Assembly (NCBI RefSeq): GCF_000004825.1
Contig: NW_008805103.1
Location: forward strand, 119,941-183,940
Direction: 5' to 3'
DNA: 64,000 nucleotides
Source: Heterostelium pallidum
Lineage: Eukaryota
The translations under genes and the position numbers were made by a program. The notes below the pieces were generated by a model. It saw only the letters and a list, made by a program, of their open reading frames with translations. It was not told the origin of the DNA and ran no database searches. Shown piece by piece: positions 1 through 12,423 of the stretch (within the stretch, counting starts at the first letter, position 1; the number at the start of each line of letters is the position of its first letter).

Positions 1-1
1 T

Positions 2-1552
2 AGAGATTGTTCTGAATTGACATATCTACCAGCATCAAATTCTATTACATTCCAAGTTTTGAATGGATATACCGTTATTGATTGTCAAGGAAACAAATTC
101 TTATCTCTATCAATGAACAATTATACCGATATCACATTTTCAAATATTGGATTCGCCAATTCAAATGCTAGAGGACAAGCCAATCAATATGGTTTGTTTG
201 AGTTGAGCCATCCCAAAGCCGAAGCCAGTCCAACTATTAGTTTTATTAATGCCAATGTCAGTAATATTAAGAGTGTAAACAGTGGTGGATTCCTCAGAGT
301 CTCCAATCTGGATGTCAATATAGTTGGTTCAAACTTTACAAATTGCTACAGTGCTATGGATGGTGGAGTTGTCAAGTCAAACGAGTTCTCTGACAACAGT
401 GTGTACATTCAAAACTCAATATTCACATCGAACGGTGCCTATCAATTTGGTGGTTCAGTTGCCGCTCCAAATGTCTATGTTACAAACTCACAATTCACTA
501 AAAACTCTGTTATCAGCTTTGGTGGTGCAATTTATACTACCAATATGTTTGAATCTTCATATTCCTCATACATCTCTAATCAAGCTGCTAATGGAGGTAG
601 TGTTTACGCACAGATTTCCGTAATTGACAATTCAGTGTTTAATTACTCATCTGTATCAAACGATGGTGGTGCCCTATATACTTTCAACTCGACCATTACC
701 AACAGTATATTCTCTGGAAACTACGCAAAGAATGGTGGTGGATCTATTTTGGCTTACTACAATATCAGTATGGAGAGTACCACTGTTTTGAACTCAACCG
801 CTGGAATATCAGGAGGTGCTTTAATGGCTAACAGTGGAATCAATATTGTCTATTGTGATTTCGATTATAACACCGGAGGTTATGGTGGTGCCATCTATGT
901 AGTCAATGCTTATACAGATGCCAACATTCTTAATGCCAGATTTAGAGGAAATACCGGTGACTATGGAGGTGCAATAGTAAGTAGCATACATCGACAATAT
1001 TTTCATGATAATAATAATAACAATACTAATTTTAATGCAAAAATGATTTATATTTTTAGTATGGAGTTGGATATTCATTCTCTTTTATGTTAACTGAATT
1101 CAATAATAACATTGCTCACTACAGTGCTGGTGCAGTTTACTTTTACTTTACACCAGCCAATTTTGACGGTGGATACTATATCAATTCAACATCTGCCGCT
1201 AACTCTACTGTTGACCAAACATTCAATGATGAAATTCTAGCTGGTAACCATGTCTATGTACCAAACAATATATTTACAAATGGAATCGAATATTATACAC
1301 CATTAGTACAAGATAGAAGTAGTAAATATGTATGTGTTAACATTACTAAAATATTTAATCTTTAATTATACCTTACTAACTATTGTAAATATTATATTAT
1401 AGGCTATGGCATATGGAATCACTGGTCAATGTGTAAATGGTATTGCCGAGATTAATGTAGCTGGTGTTGTTGCACAATGCCAATGTTTCAAAGGATACAA
1501 AGGTCCTGCTTGCAATCAACGTTCTAGCTTCAAACTATCATTAGATAACTAA
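2..1552 (+). CDS. Secreted parallel beta-helix repeat protein (GGxxY / PMP-like, pectin-lyase-fold repeats) with C-terminal EGF-like domain; 5' end truncated by window edge; exons <2..976, 1060..1329, 1403..1552
   Basis: The frame is open from the window start. Repeats of the form GGAIY / NGGSVY / DGGALY are typical of right-handed beta-helix proteins. Intron 977–1059 starts GTAAGT and ends TTTTTAG. Intron 1330–1402 starts GTATGT and ends TATAG. The last exon encodes CVNG...CQCFKGYKGPAC, an EGF-like Cys pattern, and ends with TAA at 1550–1552. Paralogs are at 21590–23420 and 25893–27728. Confidence 0.6.
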
Positions 1553-1692
1553 CTAATTAAAATAAATATTTAAAAAATCAAACAATATTAAGTTTCAACC
1601 AAATTTACAAATTTTTGTTTTTTATAACTACTTTAGAAAAAATCTAAATATACTATTAGCTCATTGAATGAAAAGCATATAAAAAGATGTAT

Positions 1693-1865
1693 AATCACTA
1701 GACGAATCTAATGATATCAAAATTATCAAAAAATAATGAGAATCTATATTTAATTCTATTTTTCTAAAAAATAGTTTGATATCTTTTTGAAACAAAGATA
1801 TAAATAAATAAAATAAATATTTATTTATAGACAATCACTAGACGAGTCTATTAATATCGAAATTG
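1693..1865. promoter_or_regulatory. Two copies of a ~32-nt direct repeat (aatcactagacgaRtctaWtRatatcRaaatt) 140 bp apart in the intergenic region upstream of the 2338 gene
   Basis: Copies are at 1693–1725 and 1833–1865, with 4 mismatches over 32 nt, embedded in otherwise simple AT-rich DNA. Confidence 0.3.
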
Positions 1866-2337
1866 AAGATTAAAAATAACACTATCGATGTAATCATAAG
1901 ATTTTATTATTCTTAGCTCCAACGACAATAATTTTTCTAGACTTTTGTTTCAAACATATTTGTATATATGAGTGTGGTTTGATTTAGTTTATTGTTATTG
2001 TTGTTGATCGTTAATGATTTATATTGCTATTAATTCGACCAATGATTAAAACAACTCTTTCCTCTTATAAATATTATTATTATTTAAATTCATCCATAAA
2101 AACTGAACATCAACAAGATCTTGTCTAAATTAATAAAAAGTGATAATATGAAAAGTTGTTATTCTGAATATGGTTAGATCTTAAAATAAAACAAACCTTT
2201 TTGTTCATTTTCATTAAAACTAAATAAAATCATCATTTTTTTTAAAAAAAAAAAGTAAAATTAATTTGGTGTGATCGATTAGTTGGTTGATTCTCTCTGA
2301 TTTAGATCGTCAATAAATATATATCAATATCTGTTTT

Positions 2338-3741
2338 ATGTTGTTATCATATCAAATCTATAAATATATATTAGAGTTATTATGGAATGATTATGCGAAA
2401 TTGAAAAGTAAAAATTGGAAGTGTTTTCTGTCATTCGATTTAGTATGTTGGAACTTTCATAAGATAATCAGTTCGCTAAACAGAACCTTGAATATCGTTG
2501 AAGGGAAATCATTTGATAGATTCCTAGATCATTACAATGGAAGATGCGCACCACTTTTTCAAATACATACACTACACATCCCCAAAAACAAAGATGATAA
2601 ATACAAATTCGAGAAGGAATCGATACCACTAGAGAATCTAAGACATTTAACACAGTCGTTGGAGACTCTACATGCTCCTTTGAGTTCATTGATGTTTACC
2701 AATCATATACCAACACTAAAACAACTAAATATCATTCATTGTGTCGAGGGAAAGGAATCATTGAAATTGGATAAACGATTGAAATCTGCACTCTACCCAA
2801 AAGATAAACAACAACAACAACAAAATTGTCAATCCCAACAACAACTACAAAATATAAAACATTTATCTTTACATTTCGATTATTATTCAGAATTCAAGAT
2901 ATCAAAGTCATCGATAAAGAAATGGATAGAGAATATATTTCTATCGGATGCGCTTGGAGGTGTGCCATCGATTGAGGTGTCAGACCGCTACTTTGGTGTG
3001 ATACTTAACTTTCCGGAATACTTTTTTGGTGCATTGAAGAAAAGAAAACAGCAGTTGTTACATCTCTCGATCACTCATCCCAATCTACTGCAAGACAATC
3101 GTTTCTTTGATGAATTGCTCCGATATCTCTCTGCTATGACCACCAAAGACGGCAACTGCTGCTGCTTGACATCGTTCAAGTACAACAAAGAGTTACTCAC
3201 CGATTCGATTGTCCAGTATCTCCTGACTGAATGTCCGATTCCACAGGTCGATGTTATTATACCCGCCAAAATGATTATGTACCCACTGCAGCGGAGATTC
3301 GACAAGCTAACACTCTCGCTCAGTCTCTATCGATTCCAAATACCGTACGAACCACCGCTGAACATCGACAACAGCGACATCTTCCAATCGTTGAACCAAG
3401 TCAACCGTCTCTACGTGGTGATCGATCGCTACGGCTACGAATACAACTCAAAGATCAATACGATTCTCGCCAGCCTATTCGAGAGTAACACCCAATCGAG
3501 CTTGATAAACACAGAGTTATTCTTAGATGAAGCACCACTCTACGATCATCTCTTTGACCGACTACTCAAAGCGATCGAGAGTAACCATCACCTCAAACAA
3601 GTAGAACTCCTGATAAAATCCGTTAGCATTCCTATGCACCATTCACTGCCGAAACTATCTAGACTGATCTCATGTATAAACAATCATCCAACAATAACAA
3701 ACAAGAGTCAATCAATAAAGATAATACCAGGTAATTACTAA
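2338..3741 (+). CDS. Hypothetical protein, 467 aa, single long ORF with Leu-rich segments (possible LRR/F-box-like); no confident family assignment
   Basis: A continuous 1.4-kb ORF in AT-rich surroundings with codon bias like neighbouring genes. It has a poly-Q tract (QQQQQNCQSQQQ). Confidence 0.45.
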   Translation: MLLSYQIYKYILELLWNDYAKLKSKNWKCFLSFDLVCWNFHKIISSLNRTLNIVEGKSFDRFLDHYNGRCAPLFQIHTLHIPKNKDDKYKFEKESIPLENLRHLTQSLETLHAPLSSLMFTNHIPTLKQLNIIHCVEGKESLKLDKRLKSALYPKDKQQQQQNCQSQQQLQNIKHLSLHFDYYSEFKISKSSIKKWIENIFLSDALGGVPSIEVSDRYFGVILNFPEYFFGALKKRKQQLLHLSITHPNLLQDNRFFDELLRYLSAMTTKDGNCCCLTSFKYNKELLTDSIVQYLLTECPIPQVDVIIPAKMIMYPLQRRFDKLTLSLSLYRFQIPYEPPLNIDNSDIFQSLNQVNRLYVVIDRYGYEYNSKINTILASLFESNTQSSLINTELFLDEAPLYDHLFDRLLKAIESNHHLKQVELLIKSVSIPMHHSLPKLSRLISCINNHPTITNKSQSIKIIPGNY

Positions 3742-3908
3742 ACTACATATGTGATCAAAATAACAACATAGCAATCCAAATTAAATAGATCTGTATACTA
3801 GTCAAACAAACAAGAAATAAAGAAAAGAAGTACTACTACTGTATATTGTTTTTTATGTAATATTTTGTTTAAAAGCCCATCGATAATGATTTATTGTCTA
3901 ACTAACAT

Positions 3909-4658
3909 TTACTTGGAACCCTTCTTTTCCTTTTGTTGCTTCTTGTAGACGAGCTTGGCAGTCTTTTGTTCTTCAATCAAGAAAGCACGGATGATTCTGT
4001 TATTATTGAAATGGTAGTTAAGATTGATATGTTAACAAACCTATTCTTCAACCAAATTTCGTTTGTTTGTTTTTGTTAATAGTTTGATACATACCTGGTA
4101 CGGACGCACTTGTGGCACTTTGAGGAACCATAGGCTCTAGCGGTGGTTCTTTGGCATCTTGGGGCATTCTTCAATTCGATTGGTCTCATAGCTTTGATCT
4201 AAATTATGAGAAAATGAATATGATAAGTCAAATTTGAACGAAAACATAGATAAAGTAACTATTTGACGATATTTACACCAGCGATTTCAACACCACATTC
4301 ACCACACTTTGGGATTTGACCTCTCTTACCAACATATTGGTAAACCAACTTTCCACCTAAATAATAATAATAATAATAATGAAAAACAAGTATCAGCACT
4401 AATCTATTCTATATCACTTTCAATCTTTTCTAATCTGTTAAAGTATTTACCTGGGGTCTTGACACTATAAAGTAGTAAAAAGAAAGATAGATTAGTTTCA
4501 ACAACTTCTTTACCTCCTAAACGCTAAATTCTAACTAATAGTAGAGATATATAGAGAGTAGAGTATAGGTGGTGTAGTTTAGTTGATACATACATTCTGA
4601 CCTTGTTGGATTCAGTACGGTATGAGAGTCTTCTTCTGTATGTAAGACGTTGAGCCAT
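3909..4658 (-). CDS. rpl34: 60S ribosomal protein L34 (eL34); 5 exons: 4658..4594, 4458..4445 (14-nt micro-exon), 4356..4277, 4198..4095, 3996..3909
   Basis: The spliced translation is [116 protein letters not shown]. It is collinear with human RPL34 ([39 protein letters not shown]...[19 protein letters not shown]). All introns have GTATGT/GTAAAT donors and AG acceptors. The total is 351 nt, or 116 aa. Confidence 0.85.
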
Positions 4659-5253
4659 TATCGTTGTTATGAAATAGGATGGGCAAGAACAAACGGATTC
4701 ACTAATATCAAAAACCCTTCACTATAGGTTTCTCGTTCACGCATTCCACTGTCCAGCAAGCAGCTCCCACACTCACCAGAACCCACTCAAAAAAAAAATT
4801 CGAAATTAAATTAAATAAAATTTCATTTTTTTAACACAAAAACTTTTTTCATTCCAAAACAAAATAAATGCCCTGTGGTCCACAGACCAAACACTTAATA
4901 CTAAAACAAGATCTATCAACATCATTATATTCATATGACAATAATAATGATATGTTTAAATTATGAAGTAAAAATAGAGATAAAACAATGATTAATTTGA
5001 AGGTTTAGTTTTTTTTTTTTTTTAAAGATAAATAATCAAGAACAGTCTTAAGAAAACAAGAGATAAATAAAAAAGTACAAGTTAATTTGATTGATGGTTG
5101 AATCGAGTATATTAAAGTTTAATCTAATTCTACCTAAATAAATGATTTCATTTTTTATATATTTTCGATTCATTTTTTTGTTGGATAAAATAGTGTTGTG
5201 TAAAATGGTTGGTGGTGTAGTTCGAACTGTTATATATATATTATATGTTGCTG

Positions 5254-6915
5254 TTATTGAATATTTTCTGTATCTTTTGAAATTTGAAGTTGTTGATCTG
5301 TATCAATTTGATTGTCAACTGCTAAATAATCTGTTGTTGTAAGTGGTTCTATTGGAATTGATTCGATTGTGTTGCTGGATTTCTTCGATCTGGGTCTAAG
5401 TTTCAGTCTAAAGTACGAGGTTTCCTTACAACATAGCGGTATGATTACTTTGATCTTTATGATATCGTACACACCAAACATAAACAACACGATATAAAGC
5501 ATTGAGATAATGAAGATAACCAGTACGGCAATGTCATTGACAACGAAAAACTCGTCGGCAAATACATAGTCCTTGATGATCTGTGGCATGCTATCGATGC
5601 TGCCCGACGTGGCAAGCGATGCCGACGAAGGTTGGTAATTCGAGTGCTTCGCATTGATACGCTCCTGTCTGACACGGTCGCAAACACGACACTCTGCGAG
5701 AAATACACAGTTATTGTAATGACGTTCGAAGCTGCGTTTCAACGGTGCTTCCTTCCACTTAAAGTAGCTGTTATACAATGTCTCGTTGGCCGCCACCAAC
5801 TTTAGGTAATCCGCCAGTAGTTTCGGCGACTTGAAATCGTTAACATTGATCAACGACTTACTTCCAGGTGTCCAATCTTCCACATTATCGGCACCCATAT
5901 AGACTGGAAGTGATCCACTCAAATAAGTATGTGGAAGTTTCTCACTACATCAATATTCATATTAGATATATTGGTTGATTGTTGTGCACATCATAATATA
6001 TATATATAGTAATGTAGATACATACGTAACATAATCGGTAACATTATTATTCTCAAATGCCAGAACGAATTTATACTTCTTAAAGAGATCCATCTTGGCT
6101 TGGAATCTGTCTCTGGCGGTGTTACGATTCAGTGCTTCTTTGTCTTGATTCTGCAGACACAGTCCGTAGGAATCGACTTTGATGTGTTTCATGAGTTCGC
6201 GTACATACTCGGCACGCTTGTCAGCGCCACCCGCCTTGCAGTTACTGGCGACGAAAGCAATGAGGTTCGGTCGCTCTTTGAATCCCGGTTGTCGGTCTTG
6301 GTATGCCGCTATACCATTGGAGTGTCCCCAGCTACACACGAAGCTGACCTGCACTGTAGAGTCGGCATTGTAACTCAGCTTCCAATCCATGTGCGAGAGA
6401 TACTGCTTGTTCTTCTGTATGGGAAAGTAGGTATCGGTCTCGTAGGTGAACATCATATACTTCTGACCGCAGATCTTCTCGTCCGGATACTTGCTGCCAC
6501 GCTTACCGAATGGCTGTGGTTCAAAGATGACGACGTCGGCCGACTTGTACAGTGCTTGATCTCCCGTAAACATACAGTTTGCCCGACACTTCAGTGCATC
6601 GGGATCGAGATAGCCCGCCCAGTAAATCTCACCAACTCTGCCCCATCCCGTCCAATGATTCAGTGATTCCCATGTCAAAACAAGTACATTGTCATCTGGT
6701 GAACTGTTATCATATTATATCAATATGTTAATCAATATTATAAATCTAAAGTAATAATGCTCACTAAATAAACACATAACATACCTATCTACTAATATAT
6801 TATTACTATATGTACAGTGATTCTTCTTTACATTGAAATAAGTACTAATCGAAATGGTAGTGATATACGCAATCAACATAGTAAGGAAGAAGTATTTATG
6901 TTGTGCTTTCACCAT
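5254..6915 (-). CDS. Alpha-1,3-fucosyltransferase (glycosyltransferase family 10), type II membrane protein; exons 6915..6785, 6703..6026, 5944..5254
   Basis: Exon 1 encodes an N-terminal TM anchor (FFLTMLIAYITTISISTYF). The FucT motif FVLAFENNNVTDYVT|EK is split by the intron at 6025–5945. A C-terminal CxxC (AECRVCDRV) is typical of GT10. Intron donors are GTATGT. Confidence 0.7.
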
Positions 6916-7459
6916 TCTTTTTTGTTTTTTATTTACTTTATTTTATTATATACAGATTTGTTATTTGTTTGTTTTTAAATTAAATAAGAATATTAATATT
7001 TTGATTATATATCTAAAAATATATATCTATATATATATAAGCAATAATAAGATATTACAACAGCATTACTATTTATTGTTATTGTATATGTAACTAGATA
7101 TTTATGTTCTTATGAATATAACGCTAAAATAATCATTGGAATTTTAAAAGGAAATGTAAAAAAACTTTTAAACTTTTTAGTTTTTTTAAACGAGTTCATG
7201 GGGAACAACAATTTAAATTTTAAGAAAAAAAAATCTGGCTTGTATTCTATTTTCTCTGAACTAGAACAAACTAACTTTCACCTTCATCCGATGAAATAAA
7301 TTAATTAATTACTTTAGTTTGACATTAATAAGGAATAAAAAAGACGAAAAATAAGAAAAAAGGAAAAAAAAGTAAAAAGATTGTTTTGGTAAAGAAAAAT
7401 AAATAAATAATAGATTTGATTATCTCATTTCTATTATTGTTTTTATATATATATATATA

Positions 7460-9888
7460 TTAATGTTTATTATAGATTAATATGGTTCCAGTGGTATCGG
7501 TGGAAATTAAATATTTTCCAATGTTGTTTTCGATTATGGATGGCGCAAATATGGTAGAGGTGAGTGGTTTGTTGAGAGCAGTAAGGAATTCACAGCACTC
7601 GATGGTCAGTTTGCTTGGCTTCGCTTCTTCATTGTAAGAGGGATGCTCGGTAATGTTGTTCCAGATGTAGATATGAGAATCTTCACTGCCAATGATGATA
7701 TACTTGCGGTCTGGTGAGATCACAGGTTTCACTTGATAGTTCTCCAAGTGCATACCTTTATACTTGCATATTCTTTTGAAATCTTTCAATGAATATTGTC
7801 TAATACAAGAGTCATTCGAACTAATTAAAAGCTATTTAATTTAAAAATAATAAAGATAAAAGATAAAGATTAGTAATCTTTTTTGTTGATGAATTCTTGT
7901 TTTTAAAATAAACTTACACAATCTTCATGGATAGGACTCGTAATAAGAGTAACACCAGTAATTTTGGGACCTTTTCCTTTTTTGCCAGTGTGATTCTCAC
8001 TGACGTTGAATCTGTGAATCATTTCGAGGTTGGCTGGACTGTAGATCAAGATATTGCCGAGATGCGAGGTGACGATGAGATAGTGGGGTGTAATAGATAG
8101 AGAAATGGTTGTTATAAATTCACCGACTTCAGTTTGAACGATAGGTTGATCATCATTATTATTGATTGACCATTTTCTAATGAATCCATCCAAAGTTGAT
8201 GAGTAAAACATTGATTGTGACTATAATAACAAAGAGGGAAGCAATCATGTTAATGAATGAAATTTACTGATGTAATTGATAACTTGTTAACTTACAATGT
8301 CTAGACTTATTGAAACTACAATATCATTGTGCTCGAAAGTCCTAATACATTCGTTTGATTTTACATCCCAGAGTTTGACGTTGGTGTCGATCGATGCTGT
8401 CAGGAGTCTTGTGTCACTCATCCATTTGATATCCAGAATATGTCCGGTGTGTCCAGTGAATTGGGCAATCGGCTCGCTTTTGAAGTAGTCGTGTTCATTC
8501 AGGTCCGGTGAGACTTGGTTGATCACTTTCCATACACGTACAACACCATCGGAGCCACCGGTTGCCATTAGAGTGCCGCTGAGGTTAAAGTCGACAGCCC
8601 ATATCGATCCATTGTGTCCTTTCACAGTTTGAACCAGACTAAAATCGGTACACAAGTCTTTTGATTTCTTTTTCAAATTGTTTGGAACACTATTGCTATT
8701 GCTATTGTTGCTGTGATGATGGTGAAGGTTTTTCAACCATCTTGAAACTCTTCTCTCTTTTTCATTATTATTACTATTACTGTTGTTGTTATTATTATTT
8801 ATATTATTTGGACTATTATTATTATTCATTTGTATATTTGGCATACCATTACTTGTATTTAACATGTTTGGTTCACAAACATTATTCTCAGCTTGTGAAT
8901 ATCGTTTAATTAATTTTCTTAATCTACCGCCACTTTCTTGTGGAGGTGGTTGAGTTAATAAAGATGGAGTTGAATGATGATGTGGGACATGTGATGCTTG
9001 ATGATCTTTGTAGTCAATTGAAGATTCAGATTGAGTCAATTCTGCTCTATCTTTGTTGTGACTGCTGCTATTATTGCTGCTACTAAACAAGTTGTGTAAT
9101 TCCTCACGTTTTGTCTTGATGATATTTAATACTTTAGAGTTTCTCTTTGATTTAACAGTGTTATTGTTGCTATTGTTATTTGCTTGTTGTGATGCTGCTG
9201 AGGAAGAAGTGCTTGAATGTGAGGATGATGGGTGGTAGTGTAGTGCACTCATCGAAGGAGAGGAAGACGGTGAAATATTTGGTGAAGTGGAAGGGGAAGA
9301 ACTGGTGGATTGTGTTGGAGAATCTTTGGACAATGTAGACAATGCAGATTGTGGTGAGATTGACATTGTTTTATTTGTACTGTTGTTTGTGGATGTTGTC
9401 GATATTGATGATGAAGTGGAAGTAGAAGACATTATTGTTGTAGTTGTTGATAGTAATGATGATGACGATGTTGATGTTATTGTAGCAGTTGTTGTGGTGT
9501 GTAACAATGAAGGTGCGGATTGAATGGGCGACGGCAGTGGTGTGGTTGATGGTGGAAGTGGAGAGAGTTTCTCGACTCCGATTGCAGCACCACTGCTTCT
9601 GAGCATGTTGTTGTAGCTATGGAAACCAGCACCTCGAGGTGTCAAATTACTTGGAGTCAGCGATGAAGTCCATGAAGGATTGGTTTCCAAGCAGTCGTAG
9701 AACATGTCGTCGTCATCTTCATTGTCGTCCTTTGAATAGAGACTGCCTGTACTATGATTATCGGTGTTTTTGTAGAAGCTAGAATGTAGATGCTGTACCA
9801 ACGTATCACGTGATCCACTTGTATTCAAAGTTGTCGTCGGTACACCACCACTTGAGAATGATAGTGTGGTGGCAGTTGCCATCATCAT
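7460..9888 (-). CDS. WD40-repeat protein, WDR44 / Rab11-binding-protein-like, with long Ser/Thr/Asn-rich N-terminal region; exons 9888..8296, 8220..7918, 7831..7460
   Basis: The C-terminal WD repeats align with human WDR44: FCKYKGH ~ FTGHTGHILDIKW, GRNKVGRKITGIE ~ GKKGKGPKITGV, ILVTSNDSRIRLYDL ~ LLISSNDSCIRQYSL, YLVSGSEDKYVYIWS ~ YIIIGSEDSHIYIWN, and AIFAP ~ TIFAP. Donors are GTAAGT and acceptors are TAG. Confidence 0.7.
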
Positions 9889-10695
9889 AGTTTTTTGATT
9901 TTTATCCGATTATTATTATTTAGAAAGAAAAAAAGAGAAAGTAAACTTTGTTGTTTTTGTTGTTGCTGTTACTGTTGTTTATGTATATAAATAAATAAAT
10001 ACAAATTCGAATTATTATTTGGTTGTTATTATTATTATTTGATAACTATTTGGTTTGTGAATATAATATGTTTTCTAACTACTATTTATATAATCTAGAT
10101 TTTGTTTTAAATGAAATTCATTTAGATATGTTAATACAATGGTAATGCAATGAGATAAATAGCTATTGTTGTTGATTGATTGACTGACTTATTAAAATAG
10201 ATGAAAGAAAACTAAAGATTTAGAAATATATATATATAAATACACTGTTTAATTTATTTAAATTAAGCAAACAAAATGAAGTTTAGGAAACAGACAATAT
10301 ACAATAGAGAGCTTGTTATTATATTTGTTTAATAAATGTAATTTAATAAAGTAACATGGGTGTGTTGTAAGTGTATGCCAATTGTTTAAACAATCCTGGT
10401 TGAAGCGGTGGCATTTTTAATTAATATAATAATGCTATGTGTTTTATGTATATACTCTATTCTATTAGTAGTGTTTGGTTTAGATTTGTTTGGATTTGCA
10501 ACAATTAATATAATCAACAACAACAACAAGAGTGTTAACACTTTGTCGATTGATTAGTAATGTGTTCATTGAATTGGTTACTATTGTCAATGATTGTTTA
10601 AGTGATGTTTATCATAATATAAATGATGACAATGACGATGGGGAATGAGTATTAATTTTAGTGGAAGAGAGTGCAGGTGTATTGTTGTAAGTAGG

Positions 10696-10743
10696 AGTGA
10701 GTTAGTGAGTGAATGAGTGAGTGAATGAGTGAATGAGTGAGAG
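10696..10743. repeat. Microsatellite (GAGTGAAT)n / GT-rich simple repeat
   Basis: Tandem gagtgaat units are read directly in the sequence. Confidence 0.6.
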
Positions 10744-11725
10744 TTGTATCTTTATCTGTATCTGTGTGTTAAACTAGTTTATTTATATATACATATTATA
10801 TGTGTATGAGTGTATTTAGTGTGTATTTAGTGTGTAGTGTTTATTGTTTATTGTTATTAATTTTATTGATTACTCAATTTTTCACACAAACACACACACT
10901 ATTAAACACCATACTAAAATATTTTAAAAAGAAAAACATTAAAAATAGATCGTTTTTGTTTTGTTTACCTTAATTAATTAGTTTATGCAATGATGTGCAA
11001 TGCAATAACAATGACATAGTATTTTAATAAATTTTATTATTTATTTAATTATTTATTCCTCCTTTTCTTTCAAAGGTTAGAATAAACAAAAAAATAAACA
11101 ATAAAATAAATTAATTTATTAAAAAAAAAAAAAGGAAGAAAAAGTTATAAATAAAAATTGATAAATTTATATATATAATTATGTTTGTTTCAATGAAAGA
11201 AATACTAAAAGATTTAAGCAAATTCTTTTTCTCTCTCTAGTACTTCTTTTGGAATAAAAAAATAATGATAAACAAATAAAAAAAAATCAAATTAATCCAT
11301 TGTTTTTTTTTTTAGATGTGACTTCAATGTTTTTCCACCCAGGTACATTAATTTGCAAACAACAATAAAATCTAAAAACTTTCAAAAAAACACACCATGC
11401 ATGATGTTATACAATGCGACATGGTGTGATAATGAGTTAAACAAAAAATAAAAAACACACATTATCTCTTAAAAGTAATTTAAATTTGCAAGATATTTTA
11501 TTTTGTTGAAAAGAATAAACATAAACATATAATTAAAGAAATAAACAGTGTTTCTACTCACCAATTTTAAATTCAAAGTATAACTTTTTTGTAAGATGCT
11601 CGTGTAATATTTGCAAAGTAGTACTTTACTATTTTAAGAAACTTTTTTATATTTATTAAACTTTATAAATATATATATATATATGGATAATTATTATGAA
11701 ATTACAATATTATAAATTATAGGTG

Positions 11726-11744
11726 TAGTAGTAGTAGTAGTAGT
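11726..11744. repeat. (TAG)6 trinucleotide microsatellite
   Basis: tagtagtagtagtagtag seen in the sequence. Confidence 0.6.
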
Positions 11745-12359
11745 CTACAATTTTTTTTATTATTAATTAAATCTAATTATAATCTTTATATGAAATAAAT
11801 ATTGAACTTTTGTTTTTTTAAAAAAATAAGAAAATAAATAGTTTTAATTATTTATTTGATCTTGCAATTTTATTTGTAAACAATAGATGTTTTTTTTTTT
11901 ATGTTTACTTTTTAATTTAGTTATTTTTATTTTATTGTTTAATAATAAATAATACGAAAATGTGCCTCATTTTGATTGATTAACTATTAATATAATTTAA
12001 ATATAAAATTAAAATTAGATTTTAATCTTTTTTATATTGGTAATGGTGTGTAATGTTGTTGCAAGGTTTTTGTATCAAACCCCCAATTTACGCAATCATT
12101 TCTCGCTTTTTCAAAACATCATGATGCTTTGGTTATTGGCATTCGCACACAAAAACCTTATAATTTTGTTTAATTTTTATTTTTTTATATAACGATCTGC
12201 ACTAATTTAGTATATTTTTTTTTTTACATGACACCAAGTGATCAACTATGATGTTTTATTTTGTTTTCTTTAGTTTTGTCATCTAGATACTGTATATAGA
12301 CACATTCGTTGAAAGATATCTTTGGCAAACAAACATTAGATCAAATTTACTAGCACTAA

Positions 12360-12423
12360 TGACCAATCGTTAATATTATATTAAAGTCAATCGATTGACC
12401 AATATAATATTAACGATTGGTCA
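12360..12423. repeat. 64-bp near-perfect palindrome (23-bp perfect inverted arms around a palindromic GTCAATCGATTGAC core)
   Basis: tgaccaatcgttaatattatatt | aaagtcaatcgattgacc | aatataatattaacgattggtca. The right arm is the exact reverse complement of the left. It lies about 310 bp upstream of the ATG at 12732. Confidence 0.8.

Noticed and set aside
5142-5342. ORF 5142–5342 (+) and ORF 6100–6666 (+)
   Set aside because: They are antisense to, and overlap, the fucosyltransferase exons, and have no support.
8297-9523. Plus-strand ORFs 8297–8488, 8661–8909 (Tyr/Cys-rich) and 9287–9523 (Asp/Val-rich)
   Set aside because: They are antisense translations of the low-complexity Asn/Ser/Thr-rich region of the WDR44-like gene, and their amino-acid composition mirrors that repeat.
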